Shown piece by piece: positions 21,630 to 35,319 of a stretch of DNA of 64,000 bases; position 1 is the stretch's first letter; the number at the start of each line of letters is the position of its first letter. Below the pieces are notes generated by a model. It had not been told where the DNA came from. It did not search any database and saw nothing but the letters and a program-made list of their open reading frames with translations. The stretch covers positions 38,814,001-38,878,000 of the forward strand of contig CM052818.1 in NCBI GenBank assembly GCA_028534125.1, read 5' to 3'. Position numbers and translations under genes: made by a program. The stretch is from Lama glama (taxonomy: Eukaryota).

Positions 21630-21960
21630 AGAGAGAACTATGTGTTCACTATAGAAAATGCAAATAACCCAAAGAAGGAAAATACATATAATCTCACTTT
21701 CCAAAGATAACCACTGCTAACATTTTGAAACATTTTCTTCTATATTTTTGCTGGGAGCATATGTATATGATTTTTTAAAAAATAAAAATGGCATCTTATT
21801 GACAGCTTTGTGACCTTATTTCCGTGAGTCACGAGGACTTTACCGCGTTAAGTACAATCGGCATCATCATTTGAATGACTGTGATCCATGTGCTATCGCT
21901 CGGCTGCCCCAGGCTTCATGTAACCGTCTATTAGACATTTGGGTGGTTTCTAGTTTTTCT
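21630..21960 (-). mobile_element. L1ME-like 3' fragment
   Basis: agataaccactgctaacattttg...aaaaatggcatcttatt...tagacatttgggtggtttctagttttt. Confidence 0.75.
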
Positions 21961-22624
21961 CCTCCTCCTTTGATTCTGGGCTGAGGGTAACTTTGAGGCT
22001 GGCCCTGGAACCATTCTCTTCAGTGTACTGGGCTCTCTGTGACTTGAAAGTCTGATGCATCTCCTGGTAGCGCCGTGGCGACTTGTAATAATGGCGCTTT
22101 GTGGCTTAATGAGAACAGGGCTCTATTAATCCCTCTTTGTCTGACCTCACCAACCTCACTCTCAGTGGAAGCAGGATTCTTAGGCCCTTGGGACCTTATT
22201 GAGCTGTTGTCATAGTGATTGGTGCCGGGGGCAGGGTCACTGGGCCAATGTCCCTAACCAGACCAACTCTGTCTTAATGGCACATGCAGGCCCAAACTCA
22301 GAGAGAGGCACAGCTCACCCCGCCGCGATGCCGGCACCTGATCTGACTGCCCTGAGACTGGGGGACTCCAGAGGCTCTCTGGGGCCGGACATGACTCTCC
22401 CCAGGAAGGCAGCTCAGCTCTCCTGCCCACAGAGCCCCAGGGCTACTCTGCTGTCTCCCACACAGACCTGGGACCACTCCCAGATGACCGCCCAATCCCC
22501 TCCTTCTGAAGTGAACACTCAGCACAGAGAAGGCCCAGCGCAACCCAGGCAGATGGCGAAGCTTCTTGTTACCTGATGTCAGGGCTGAAGAGCATTGGAG
22601 ACTATCAGGTCCACCTCCCCCTGG

Positions 22625-22710
22625 TACATACAGATGGGGAAACTGAGGCCCAAGGAGCCAGATCGGATTCCAAACCATTCGGCAAGTCAGGAGCACTGTC
22701 TGAACCAGGC
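22625..22710 (-). mobile_element. MIR fragment
   Basis: tacagatggggaaactgaggcccaagg. Confidence 0.65.
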
Positions 22711-22862
22711 AACCCCCAGCCGTAGCTCTGGAAAGGGATCATCTCTTGTAAGACAATTGATATTTTTACAGTAAGTTTTTTAGGTCTGATCTTTAAAAAA
22801 TAATAATAATACACTTAAAAAATCATTATTATTACCCAAGTAGTCCATGAATGTATTTTCCT

Positions 22863-22870
22863 TAAATAAA

Positions 22871-22902
<32 letters not shown>

Positions 22903-22926
22903 TAAATAAATAAATAAATAAATAAA
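22863..22926. repeat. Compound tetranucleotide microsatellite (TAAA)2(TAAG)7(TAAA)7
   Basis: Counted directly from the sequence. Confidence 0.95.
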
Positions 22927-25229
22927 GTAGAACATTGCAAAGAAGGAACAAAGCCCCTTTGGCCTCTGTCTCTAATCCCAGTTCTCTCCCCTGAGAAAGA
23001 GCCCTGGTTTGGTAAGTATCCAAATCTGATTTTAAAGTTCCCAAATCTCATTTGACTTGGGTGGCCAGGACAGTTGGGGTGATGCAGACCTATGTCCCCA
23101 ACTGGGCATGAGTCCAGGTGGCTCACAGTGGCTGGCAGGATTTCCCACACAGGATGTATTTCCCTGGCACCAGGGTAGCAGGGAGTATGAGACATGCTGG
23201 AACAGCTGTGTCCTCACTCGGCCCTGGGCTGTGACAGCTCTTCCATCTTCTTGCCCCATTTCCTGTTTCAGAATCTCAACAGCCTCTGCTACTGGCCTGA
23301 ATTGGATGCCAGGGGTCTAAGCAGAAAAATAAGAATTTTTCCACCAGGGTTTAGCAATCTCTCCAGCAGGCCGCAGACCCCAAGGGACAGGACTCAGACT
23401 TTGGGTTCCTGTGCCCGTCTTGAATTTCCACCCGCTACCCATTCCCACCACTCCCCACCCCACCCCTCACCTCCCCAGTATCAGTCCCCTTTCTCCCAGG
23501 CATCCAGGACCCCCTGCCAGGGAGAAGCTCAGCTAACCATCTCAGCAGCCCCTGGAGAAGGAAGAGGGAGGTTTGAAAGAAGAGCTTAAATTGCACAATG
23601 ATATATGCAAAGAAGTTAGTCTTACATAAGAGAAATTCAGACATTGACACTTACTTCACTGCAAGTGGGGACCTCGGGGGGGTGTCCCCATTTTTGTCTT
23701 TCTAACCACCCGGGGCTGAGCCATGCTCCAGGCACTGAGGCAGTGGGGCCCCTGCTAAGGAGGCTGCCAGGCCCTCTGGCCATGCCTGGGAAAGATAAAT
23801 AAGAGTCATGAAAACAACCACGCAGTTTATGGGCTGGGAAACAGAAAGCGGCTCTCTTCCCTTGAATTCTCCCAGACCTAATCTTTGAGAACCTACTACA
23901 GTGTGAGTGCACACTGTTTGGATTTCTAAATGCATAGAAATCATATCCAGTAGTTTTCAGAACTTTTTTTTAATCAGTGAAAATCCTTCTTTTATTTTTT
24001 CCTAGAAAAAAAAAATCTTGCCCAGAGCTCTGACATTAAAAAATCAATCAGAAGTTTTCTCCAGGCAAAATATTTTGCTTGGCGAAAGTACTCTAATGTC
24101 TGGGGAATCCCTAAGGTTCCTACAGCCCAGTTTTGATCAGCTCTCTTCGAAATCAGCTTTCTTCTTTTGCAGCTGAGAAAATGGAGGCAGAAGTCTCAGG
24201 ACCTTGCTAGAACCCCCAGCAAGTCAGCGGCAGATCCAAGATCACCCAGGACACCTGGAAATCTGGCCAGCGCGCAACAGAAAGCACAAGACCTCCCTTA
24301 GGCTGAAAAGGTAAATTTGGATAAAATCAGAGTTTATGAGGACCCTTCACTAGTCTGAGGCTGCTGGGGAAGGGTGAGGGCGGGAAGCGGTGATGTTGCC
24401 ATGGCCACCCGGCCCTGGAAGTGATCTTTTGCTCTAGAGTCCCAGAACTGAAGCCTGTTTCCTGCTGGGCTGGTGGAAAATGTCCGGGGCTGAGGCCAAG
24501 GGCCTTGTGCTGCCCATGGCCTGTAAAGCTCATGTTTCAGGGCCACACCATGAACATGGAGGGAGCTCAGGGGCCCTGGGGTGGGGGAGGAGGCACCTTT
24601 GGGTGGCAGGTCTTACAGCCTTGCCTCCTGTGGGCCTCCCTCTTCAGGTGGAGATTAGCAGTGATGCAGACTCAGACACTTTATGTGTCCATGAGGGAGG
24701 CCCTGAGCTGGACCCCAGACACACTCAAGTGGCCCAAATCCTACCCAGAGTCCAGTTTGCCAAAGTGGCTGCTTCAGGACTTCATGGGGCATCTCCAGGG
24801 CCTATCCAGGGAATGGCAATGATGAAAAGACACCAGGCTCTGAAGGAGCCCAGACTCGTGTGGGGACAAACAAGGAACAGGGTACTTCAAACACAGTGGG
24901 AGGAATACTTTGATGGTGGGGAGGATGGAGTATAGAGAGGAAGAAGGGACCACTTTGCCTGTGTATATGGGTTGCAGGGAGGAGGGAGATCAACATAAGT
25001 TTCTCAGAGGACCTGGGATCTTGGAGGATGACTAGAAGTTTTCCAGGAGAAGAATGGGAGGAAAAGGGGAAGGAGGGGAGAGAGACGGGGCATTCCAGGA
25101 TGGCAAAGCAAAGAGTGTCGAAACATGTGAGGAGGGGAGGTGAGATGAGAGGGCCCAGATCCCACAGGGCCGCATGGCTCAGTGTAAATACTTGGGGTGT
25201 GTCATGAACTGCTGTGTTGTAAGTTGAGT

Positions 25230-25370
25230 CATGGCTCTCCAAGATAGTCTACATGTTAACCCCCACAACCTGCAAATGTTCTGGATATGGGGTCTTTATA
25301 GATGTAATTAAATAAGTATTTTGAGATAAGATCATCCTGGTTTATCCAAGTGGATTTTCAACATCACAGC
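25230..25370 (+). mobile_element. MaLR LTR (MLT1) 5' fragment
   Basis: gggtctttatagatgtaattaaataagtattttgagataagatcatcctggtttatccaagtgg. Confidence 0.75.
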
Positions 25371-28300
25371 CCACTGTTGAAAATCCACACACACCACCTA
25401 CCGCCGGACCCACCAGTTAGTGTCAGATTTCACAGTCTCGCCCACATAGCCGCCGTGGCTGTGCTCCTGCTCGGAAATCTTAGACGAGATCACACAGGGC
25501 TCCAAGCAGCCAGAGGGCAGCAGGCTGCACGTGTGGCCTGGTGCAAGTCTGACAGCAAACACTCTGGCAGCTTCTGATTCTCGGGGCTCCCAGATTCTAA
25601 ATGGCTGTGGGTCTCTGGGGGCTGGAGGCCACATTCATGTTTGAGGCTCTGTGTGGCCTGGTGATGGGTGGCTTCAAGCCAGACTTGGCCCTTTTTCTGT
25701 AAAGCAGGAGAGAGTGTGCCACAGGAGGGCTGTTTCTTGTCCCACGAAGATGACAAAGGTCTCTCTTCTCTTGGCAGCTCTCATGGAGGGAGGGGCTGGT
25801 GGCATCACAGGGACACAGGTGCAGATGGAGACGTCCCTCTTCAGTGGCGGGGGCAGGCTTGGACTCTGCCTCCTGTATTGTGAGAGCAGCTGTAAACTAT
25901 TAGAACCTGGCTGACTGTTTCCAGGCCTCCAGCATGACCATCCTACCCCGGTGTTCCTCCCTCGGGCTCTACCCTGCTAGGAGCTGCCACGCTTGCTGGC
26001 ACTCAGGATCTCTGTCCCAGGGTAAATATGGTGTATTGCAGAAAGGGGTGGAGGCAGTTCAAACAGGGGCAGCCTGAGAACTGCTGAGACCTGGGTGGCC
26101 TCTGATGCCTTTGCCTCATTCATTTATTCATTCATGATGTTGACGGAGTGCCAGTTCTGTACCAGGCACCTGGGACCCGCTGATCCAGTTGGGGCTGCTG
26201 GGGGCTCCAGCACCCACAGGACCTTCAGTCATCGTTCTCTCGATAGATCTGGGGCATGAAATCCTCACAGCATCTGCCCCCATAATTCCTTTCCCAGCTG
26301 TGAACAATATGGATCCTAGAGCTGGCCGGGGCCCCAACACCCAGCTGTCTGAGCTCCTCTGGTACCGGACCTTGCAGGGAGGCCACGCACTGGGTAGGTG
26401 AGTGATCTGGAGGGAGGACTCCAGGTGAGCCCAGCATCAATCTCCTCACACCGTGACCCCGTGGCTGGAGGGAGAGCCTTCCGCTTGGGCACGTCCACGC
26501 TTCCCCTCTTGGGACAGAGACTGTCACAGCACTTGGTCACCAGTTCTCTGGTTTCCCAACATCCCTCCTCTCCTCTGGGCCCATCATGGAACCGCTTTCA
26601 CTGATGGGACCCAAACATCCAGTTCTGGGTCCCTGTCCTCTAGCAGCTAAGGGGTAAGTGTGTGTGGCTATGTCCATGTTGACACTGGGCTCTCTGCTCA
26701 TAGGGAAGCAGCCATTTCCCCTGACCCTGCAGCGATCACACCCAGTCCTCCTGGACCCAGGGATGTTCCGCCTTCTGCAGTGGCATTTAGCCTCAGGACC
26801 CCTGCCCAGCAGCCAGCATCTGTGCCGGGGCTGGAGGAGGACCAGCTTCTGCCCCCAACTCAGTGCTAAGCAGAACTGTGGACATTAAGTAGAAGCATCT
26901 GGGCCTGGATGGGGCTCAGTGAGAGGTCCAAGTTACTTTGGAGAAAGCAGTTGGGTCAGGTGTGGGTCCTTGAATGCCGACCTCATCCTTAACCTCAGTG
27001 TTTAAGGCAACTCCCCATTCTGCTTCCCATCCACACCCCCCCAGCCTCCTGCCCTGCTGATAAGGCCCTGCTCTCGGCAGCTCTGGGCTGCTGTCCCAGG
27101 CATGGGTGGGGACAGGGAATGGGCCGGAGGGCTCTGAGGCCCTGGGAACATTCTGGGCTGCACACCCGTAAGAGGAGCTGATGCGCCCAGTCAGCCCCCC
27201 AGGGCAAGGAGCCACCCCTGCTGTGCCTCTGTCCTTTGGGCAGCCATACCCTCCCGGCAGGCTGCGCGGGGCTCTGTCTCCCCCAGGCAGGGTGAGGCCG
27301 AGCCTCCCTGTAGAGGCTGCTGTACTTGCTGCAGAGATTCAGGGACATACCTAGTGGCCTGCCCCGCCCTTGTCATCATCACGAGGGGGACGTTAAACTC
27401 TGTGACCTGCAGAAGTGTCTCCTTCACAAAAACTAGGGCCTGTCCTGGGGCGAGGCTGACTCCAGCTCCCAACCTCCCCAGGGACCCGCCCAGGGAGAGC
27501 ATCCTGTGCTGGGAGCGCCGCGCCAGACAGAGCTGCTGAGCTTCTCCAGGACCATGTTTAGTGTGCGCAGGCCCTGTTCTGGGGTGACTGATAAGCACCT
27601 CCCTTTGGAGAACTCAACCCTGGTTTCCTGGCGACAGGATTGTTGTGCACCATCCGGGCAGAAGTGGCTGGCTTCAAGTAAGGCGAGGCAGGGCCCCCTT
27701 GGGTTTGTATGGAACGTGTTATTGTGGAGGAGGGCAGCCAGGGCATGCTGATCCTAAGAACAACGTCTCAGAACCATAAGATGTACGGCACCTAGAATTC
27801 TCCGTCTTTTACATGTCAGGGTCCAGGGTGTTTGTGATCCTGGAACTTGAGGCTTTTGGATCTACCTTCAAGATAACACATGTGGTTCATCGTGGCACTT
27901 GGAAATCGGACAGCCTCAGCTGCCAGACTTCTTTGCACATCATCCCCTCACTGCCCCTCCACATCATTCCCCACCTGCCCCCGCATCCAAGGCCTTGTCC
28001 CTCAGTCTATGTCCAGGGTCAACCAGAGATGGGTCTGGTCCAGATAGGCCCCTCAGTAGCCTGTGGCAGTGCTCACCCCCACCTCCAAGGGGAGCCAGAG
28101 CAGAGCAACCAGACAAGTGCTCTGGACGTGCCCCGGCACTCCCAGAGAGGAGCTCAAGTCCTTCCAGAGCCTTTGGAATGTTTCTCCACTCCCAGTAACT
28201 CCATGTCTCCCAAACAGAGCTTGGGGCACAAGAGGGTGAGGGTCGTTAGCAGCTACCAAACAGCTGAAGCAGCTGAGGACCCAGCGAAAGCCTACGGAAC

Positions 28301-29569
28301 TCTGTGGTCAGGCAGAGAGCGCTGGAGGGCCCCGAGGAGATGGCCTGGGGTTCAGGGAAAGGGGAGGCTTCCAGGTGCTGCTGGCCGTTAAGTCCTGGAA
28401 TCAACTCCCTCCCTCAGAGACCGCATGGATCCTACAGACCACTGATCCGGTCTACACAGCCTGCGTAGGTCCTCACAAGAGGCAGGCAGCAGAACTAATG
28501 CCTCGTGTTAGAGATGAGCAGATGGAGGACAGAGAAGCTGAGAGTCTCACCAAGATCAAGTGGTGACTTGGAGGCAAAGACAGAGGCCGACTTGGTCTCC
28601 TGACTCCTAGTGCAGTCGTGGAGTCCAACACTGCAGCTCAGACGACCTCCTGAGGTCACTGCGTCCACGAGGAGCAGGTCCCCAGAGCTGATCTGGGCAC
28701 TGGCCCTGATGCTGTCACCCTCCCGGACACCCGTGGATTGGGAGTTTGGTGGACAGCAGGCTCTACAGGAGGGGATGCATGAGGAACCTTCAGGAACACT
28801 CACCATTTAGGTCCCATTCAGTGGGTGTTTAGCGTCCAGAATGAGGAGGTTGGAGCCTGGCTCTACCCCACGCAGTCAGATCCTGCAGTGTGTTCAGTTG
28901 AGAGCAAGTAGGTGAGGACCCTCAGGGGCTGCCTGAGGAAGGGCTGGAGGAACTGGGTGTGACAACTGGAGAAGAGAAGGCTCTGATGGTGATGTGCTCA
29001 TCGTCCACAAATGCTGAATCCATCCAGGAGGGGTTGGGGTCTTCTTTTGTGGCCCCAGGGTGGAGTTAGGGCTGAGGAGGGGAGCCTCAGGAGGAACACT
29101 CAGTGCCTGGGTGGACAGGGATGGAGAGGACAGCACTGGGTAACAGTGGCTTTGGTCCTCGGTCCCTTGCCTTGATTGGCAGCATCTGGTCCCCAAGGGA
29201 AGTTATGAGATGGACACCCCGGCCTTTCTCCACCTGGCAGCCCTCACCCTGGAGAAGTCAGGTTCTCAGAATGTAGAGCCTACCTGAGCTTGGGACCTTG
29301 CAGCAGCACTGAGGCCAAAGGGACCCAGGGAAAGCCCCCTTAGGAGAGATATCCTGTGGATCTGCCCTGCGTGCCTATTGGTCAACTTGCTTTCTGAGGG
29401 CACGCAGAGGAGGGGCAGACAGACTGCCAGGCCCCATGCCGGGCCACACTACACTCCCATGAGGGAGCTGGGACCCTCCGGCTTGTGAGCTGCCAGTGGA
29501 AAAATTGATTTGAAATAACTCAGATGACCTTTTCCTTTAGTAAGAAATGAAAGAATGCATATTATTTTT

Positions 29570-30750
29570 AAAGTAACCTTTATCATTTTTCCAACTATGG
29601 ACGTAATATAAACCTGATATATAAATATTTGTTTATTTATTTAATGGAGGGACTGTGGATTGAACCCAGGACCTTGTGCATCCTAAGCACATATTCTACC
29701 ACTGAGCTATACCCTTCTCCCTTATAAATTTTTGAAAATATAGAAAAGCACAGAGAACCTTCCCTCAAGCTCCTGCCCCATGCTCAGTCCCGCCTCCATC
29801 TTCTGAAAAATGAAATGGTCTCATGACATGCGTACCTGCCCCTCGGAGGGCAGGGGATAGTCCCAGCTTATATGCTTCAGAAATCGTGCCTGAAGGGACA
29901 TCAGCATGACTTACTCTTCCTGCCACTGGTTTACGTGGTTGATGGTTGTCATGTTTCTCTACGGCCGTGTCATTCATATAAGTACATATGCTTTTTAACA
30001 TTGGGATCATATCATTGCTTTGCTGCTTAATGTTTCATAGTTCTTTTCCCGTTGCACAGACATGCTTCAATAATACCATTTTGAAGGGCCGTGTCGTCAC
30101 ATAGCTGTACTATAATATATTAATTATTTACCTATTTTGGAACACCTGGACTTCCGTTTTTTGCTATTGCACATTCCCTTTCTTGACCATCTTTGTCTGT
30201 AATTTTTGTTTGAATTTCTAATTATTTCCTCAGAGAAAACGCCCAGGTATTTAAGTGTCCTAGTTAAATAGCTTTGATACGTTCTGTGATAGTGTTCCTA
30301 GAAGGGACACCCCTGGCTTATTTACAGGCTGCCACCAGCGCAGGTCTAAGAGGGCCGGTGCCGTGAGTCTGTACCAGCTTATGGCAATACCAGTAAAGCA
30401 AATCCTATAATCCAAAAGGCAAATAATGGTATTTCAGAATCATAACTTATGTGATTATCAACAAAACAAAAACGTTCATAATTATTAAGCCATTTTAAAA
30501 TTTGGAAGGGTCAATCACCTGCTTCCTTTGCCTGTTTTTCTAACAAGGTTTTGATGAATTTATGCAAAAATCATTTAATGAGCTCTCTATCCATTGCCCT
30601 TGTAACATTTGTGGCATATGTGTTTGAGTGTGTTGATTACTTTTATGTTTGTTTTTGATGGTTTTTATAGCAAAGCGGTACATTTTTACATTGTCAAAGC
30701 CATTGGCTTTTCTTTTTGGACATGGTCCATTACTTAGGAAGTCCGTCCCG
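29570..30750 (-). mobile_element. Old L1ME-like fragments, interrupted by a SINE
   Basis: ttgaaaatatagaaaagcacagag, ttgggatcata, ttttttgctattg and attatttcctcagagaaaa are antisense L1 3' motifs. Confidence 0.65.
29631..29721 (-). mobile_element. Camelid tRNA-derived SINE (Vic-1-like)
   Basis: Reverse complement GGGAGAAGGGTATAGCTCAGTGGTAGAATATGTGCTTAGGATGCACAAGGTCCTGGGTTCAATCCACAGTCCCTCCATTAAATAAATAAAC shows an A box, a B box and an (TAAA) tail. Flanked by tataaatattt (29620-29630) and tataaattttt (29723-29733). Confidence 0.9.
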
Positions 30751-31757
30751 GAAATAGCTTTTTCAAGTGGGTCAAGAGGTTGCTTCTTCCTCTTCTTGGT
30801 TCTCTATTTTTGGTAGATTTTGAACAAACATCCTTTTCCCAAATCCCATTTTCCCTAGAGCATCTGGAATGTGCTTGTTTTTATTTCTTCTTCCCCTGAG
30901 GCCAGCGTGTTGGTGGGGAAGAGGCTCTATGTTACAGTGTGACGATCTCTGGGTGCAGAAACTGCAGCAGGGAGGTTTGGGCTTCAGCCATGGCTTGTGC
31001 TCCACCTGAAATGTAGCCATTCTCTGTTCTAAAAGACATCTGATCTTTCCCACCAAAGAAGGGAAAATACTATGTGAAAACCTCTTGAATGTAATGTATC
31101 CTCAAGTGAAGCTCATCTGTGTATGGTCAGACCAACTCAAAGGGTTTATTTCTGTCCTTTTGGGCAAGATGACCTTGGCTCCTTGGTAGCCAGCATGCCT
31201 GGGGGCCTTGAGGATTTGTGGGTCCCTACATGTGGTTTAGCCATTTGTCTGCCATAGGCCTGCTGGAACCACATTCCCTTGTAGCCCAAATGGCAACCCA
31301 TACCGTGCTTCTGTAGTGCATGCACTAAAATGGTGCACCGGGGAGAGTTCCCTCAGCTCAAAGCTAGGATCCCAAGTTCTAGACCTAGCTCTGCCTCCTC
31401 CCAGATGTATGCCCTCTGGACTTTCCTTCCATGGAAGGAGGACCATAATGCCCAACTTGCAGGGTCAGTGGGAGCATAAGATGATCATACCTTGTGCAAT
31501 ACCCGGCACGCAGGTGGTGCCATGATGCTTGTTCATCTGATAGTAATGATGCTTAATGACGCTGCCGCTGCCAAGAAGCAAATCAGATTTGTCCACACCA
31601 TCTCTCAGAGAGGGAACAACCTGGCAAAGATGGCCAAAGTGTGGGGCCGGGGAGAGAGCCAAGATAACTCCAGGACTTTAATTAATTGTTATTTCTCTAT
31701 TTGGAGATACTAGATTCTCAGTCCTTCAAAGCATCAAAGGATTTTAGTAGGGAAAGT

Positions 31758-31960
31758 TTGGTGTCGTGGCGAAGCACAGGGCTTTGAAGTCACGAGCTGA
31801 GGCCCCGGTTTCTGGATCTGCCACTTCTAACTATGACCCTGGGCAAGTTACTTATCTTCCTTAAGCCTTTATTTCTGCATCATAAAATCGTGGCTATTAG
31901 CAGTTTCCCTCTTGTAGGGCATTGTGGGGATTAAATAAAACAATACCTATAAAATTTGGG
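31758..31960 (+). mobile_element. MIR SINE
   Basis: ctgccacttctaactatgaccctgggcaagttacttatcttccttaagcctttatttctgcatcataaaat...gggcattgtggggattaaat. Confidence 0.85.
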
Positions 31961-34900
31961 CAAACATATACTTATCTTTCAGAGCAGGACACTTCTGAGA
32001 GTGCAAGGAGTCATTATTAATAATCGTTCAGCATCCCAAGACTGTCCTAGGCAAACCAGGGCCGCACTGTGTAAAGACCTTAGCGCGGGGCCTACCTGAA
32101 TATGACAGCAGCCAGTGATGCTGAAGTGTGTGTGGGCTCTCTCCACAGCTGCGTGGCCCACATCAGAGACAGAAAAAGAGAGCCCTGGATGGGGCGGAGG
32201 TGAGGGGCTGGGACTCACAGCCACTACTCTGAAGGCGAAGCCCGGAGCAGCCAGAGCTGCCCCAAGCCCTCTGCACGCTCTGGGAGGTTGTCCTCCACGG
32301 AAGGAGATGGTGGGGTAGCAAGTTCCTTTCCCAGGGTCACCGCAGGGGAGGCTCTGCTTGGACTGGCCACTCTCCACTCTCTGTCCCTTGGGATCAAGTT
32401 CAAGCCAGCTCTGGACAAGACAAACGCTTCCATTCCAGCCTGAGTCTGGCCCTCCCCTCCTCTGGTCCTCTGGGGCCCACACAGAACGTCATCACAGTAG
32501 CTCTGGAGGTCACAGCCTTGCCCTCTACCCCCATCCTTGAGAGAGCCCCTCATCCCTCACCCAAGCCAGCCGGATATGGAGTGAACAGACACAGGGCCTG
32601 TGCAATCCCTCTTAGGCCCTCAGCTGCCCTCCCAGCCGGCAGCATAAACACATTCCTGAACGCTGGAGCAGAAGCCAGGAGTGACTCAGGCCCCAGGAAT
32701 GTGCAATCTGATCCCCTCACTTGGAGGGCAAATTCCTCATCCTAAGGTGGGCAGCTAGCTGGCCAATCCAAGAAGCCCTGGGGGTCCTCTGCTCCTTCCG
32801 AGGGTCTGAGCCTCTGTCAGGGTCTGGACAGGCTCGAAAGGAACAACCTCTTACAGCTGCAGCCTCTTGGCTCTGCTCCCCGACTACGTGGGCCCCCAGA
32901 GCCTTACGGTGTTGGAGGGGTGGGGATGCCGGACCCCACTGCATGCTCAGGCTCAGCGCTCAGACCCCTGGAGCAAGCAGGCCGAGTCAGTAGGGGCGGG
33001 AGGCCGGAGCAGAGCTGAGGCGGGGACAGGCAGCCCAGTCCTTCCCAGGCCCGTGTCCTGAGCAGTGAAAAGAAGAGATGCCTGTAGGTCTGGGACTGCG
33101 AGAACAGTCTCTCTCTTGCTGGCCCGGATGCTGGCCACTTTCAAGGGCAGCAACTGGGAGGCTGCTGCTCCGGGTTGCTCACCCCCAGCCCAGCCCAGCC
33201 TAGGCCAGGGATTCTCTGGGGACACAACTCTGTGTCCTTATTCAGTGCCAACAAGCAAGTTAATGGGGAATCTTTGAAAATCACAGAAGAAAGCCCTCAT
33301 TTGATGGCTCTGAGGGTGGCCGTTTGCTAGAGGAGCTAAGCACTAAGTTAAACCTAAGTCTGTGAGTCAGGTACCAAATATGGAAAAAGTCCGAAATTCC
33401 GAGTAATAGAACACAGATCAGAGATGCAGGACCTTTGGCATGAAGCAGAGACCTGGGCAGCTTGGTTGGGGGCCCAGTTCTGGGATTAGACAAGGCACAG
33501 TCACTTGCTGTCACCATATAGTGCACTGCCAGGTCCAAAGAGTGACCTGCCTCCCAGCCATCCTGAGACAAGTCAGGGGGACCTCAACCCCTGCGGCATA
33601 GTCTGGTGCACCCTGGCAGTACTGAGCCCCCAGTGTTGGCCAAGATGGGGAGCTAACCTGAGAATGTGGTGCCTACACCCTTCCTCTGGTGGAGGGCCTC
33701 TCCAGGAAGCCGAGCCCACCTCCTCCCACCACAGAAGATGATGGGGGCTGCCATCCTCTCCTCGCTCCTTGGCCAGAGTGATGATTGGGACTTACTCTTG
33801 ACCAGTCAAACCCTTCTCCCTGGGGCTTTGACTCTGGAGGGCATGATACAAGGCTTCAGAGAGAGGCTGAAGGGACTCGAGAATCCAGCAGTGTCCACCG
33901 AGGGGTGGCAGGTCCTAGCCTGCCGTCCCCGTGGGGGATTCTGTCCAGCTCTGCTCACTCCCTGGTTCCTGCCTGTTCCCAGCCCATTTCTCCAGCCGTC
34001 CTGATAATCCAGTGAGCCACCTGACATCCTTCCATGAAAATCCTTTTCTAAGTAAATTAGTCAAAGCTAATTTCTGTGGTCTGCGTACAAAAGTCAGATG
34101 CAGTGGATCGGCATGTGCCAAGGCCTGGTGCGTGAGAAAGCCAGGTCCAGAATGGCTCAGAGGGGTATCCCCAGTGCCAGGGCCCTTCCTCTGACTGCAT
34201 GTGTCTTGCTCTAAAATCTTGCTTGCTTAGAGCATCAGCAGAGGCTGGGGGTCTTGGTTCCGGGGTGGGTGGAGCTGGCCCTGGGAGCTCTCCGGTTAGG
34301 CTGTGAGTGGCAAGTAGGCCAGAATGTGAGAGGACATTGCTGCAGACCCAGAGCCCAGGGTCTGGTGAGTGGCACAGGCCTGGGACTCCTCCTTGGCCCA
34401 GTCAGAGCAGAAAGGTACCCCATCCAGCCCGCAGCTCGGCAGGCACAGAGGGATCAAAGGCAGTCAAGGTACAGAAGCAGAGAAAACAGAAGCTCTCAAG
34501 ATCTGGGCAATGAGATGGGCAGGGGAGCAGGGCAGGGTCCTAGATGCAGGGCTCATGCCTGCCGGGCCACCAGTTCCTCATGCCTTGTCCCTCGGTAGGA
34601 CACAGAGACCTAAAGCCCGGGCTCCCAGGCCAGGGCCCAGGCGTTGGACCTTCTGACCCTGCCGAGAGGGCCCCTGCCTGGTCCAAACCCAGTGGTGGGA
34701 GGAGACGCAGCATAGTGGGTGCTTGTTTCTATTTGACAGTGTTCTTCCCTGAAGCAGGATGAGCAGAGCCCAGCAGGCTGAGGTCACGTCTGCCCTGTGA
34801 CAATCCTCCCACTGTCCCTCTATGAGGACATACAGTGCCCTCCCAGCTGCCCCTTAGCTGACCTCCTGGGTGCCTGTGAATGCTGAGCGGAGCAGGGGTG

Positions 34901-35319
34901 TGTGGGCCCCCCCGATGGCAAGGGTGACGGGGCAGAAAAAGGGCTCCCATGTAAGAGGCTGACGTTAAGTGAGGAGGGGCTCCCTTCCGGGGCCCTCTCA
35001 GCTGGAAATGGAGAAATTCAATGACCATCCCAGGGAACCCACAGACAACACCCTTGCCTGCTGCCCCACCCTTCCCTCACTTATTTCTGCTGCCCAAGAG
35101 GCCAACCTTCCTCCCAGGTCCTCTTTTCCCATCCATCCTTCTCTCTCAGCCTCCTCCACACCCCAGGTCGACAAGCACTCCAGCTTCATCCCTGTCAACC
35201 CTCCCTCCGGTCAGAGGTTTGGAGCCCTGCCCTGCCCCACCCTGCGCTGGGAAGTCTGTGTCTCCCTGGGCTGTCCTGTGCTGCCTGAGGCTTCTCCCTT
35301 CAGGAAGGCAGTCAGGCAG

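Noticed and set aside
17208..22000. Abrupt AT-rich domain suggesting foreign DNA or misassembly
   Set aside because: Explained by a cluster of L1 and L2 fragments.
23945..24145. Possible hAT-Charlie MITE remnant
   Set aside because: The ends resemble Charlie termini but are too degraded to assign by eye.
29645..29721. Possible tRNA gene
   Set aside because: A and B boxes are present, but the AT-rich tail, the TSD and the lack of a clean cloverleaf indicate a SINE.
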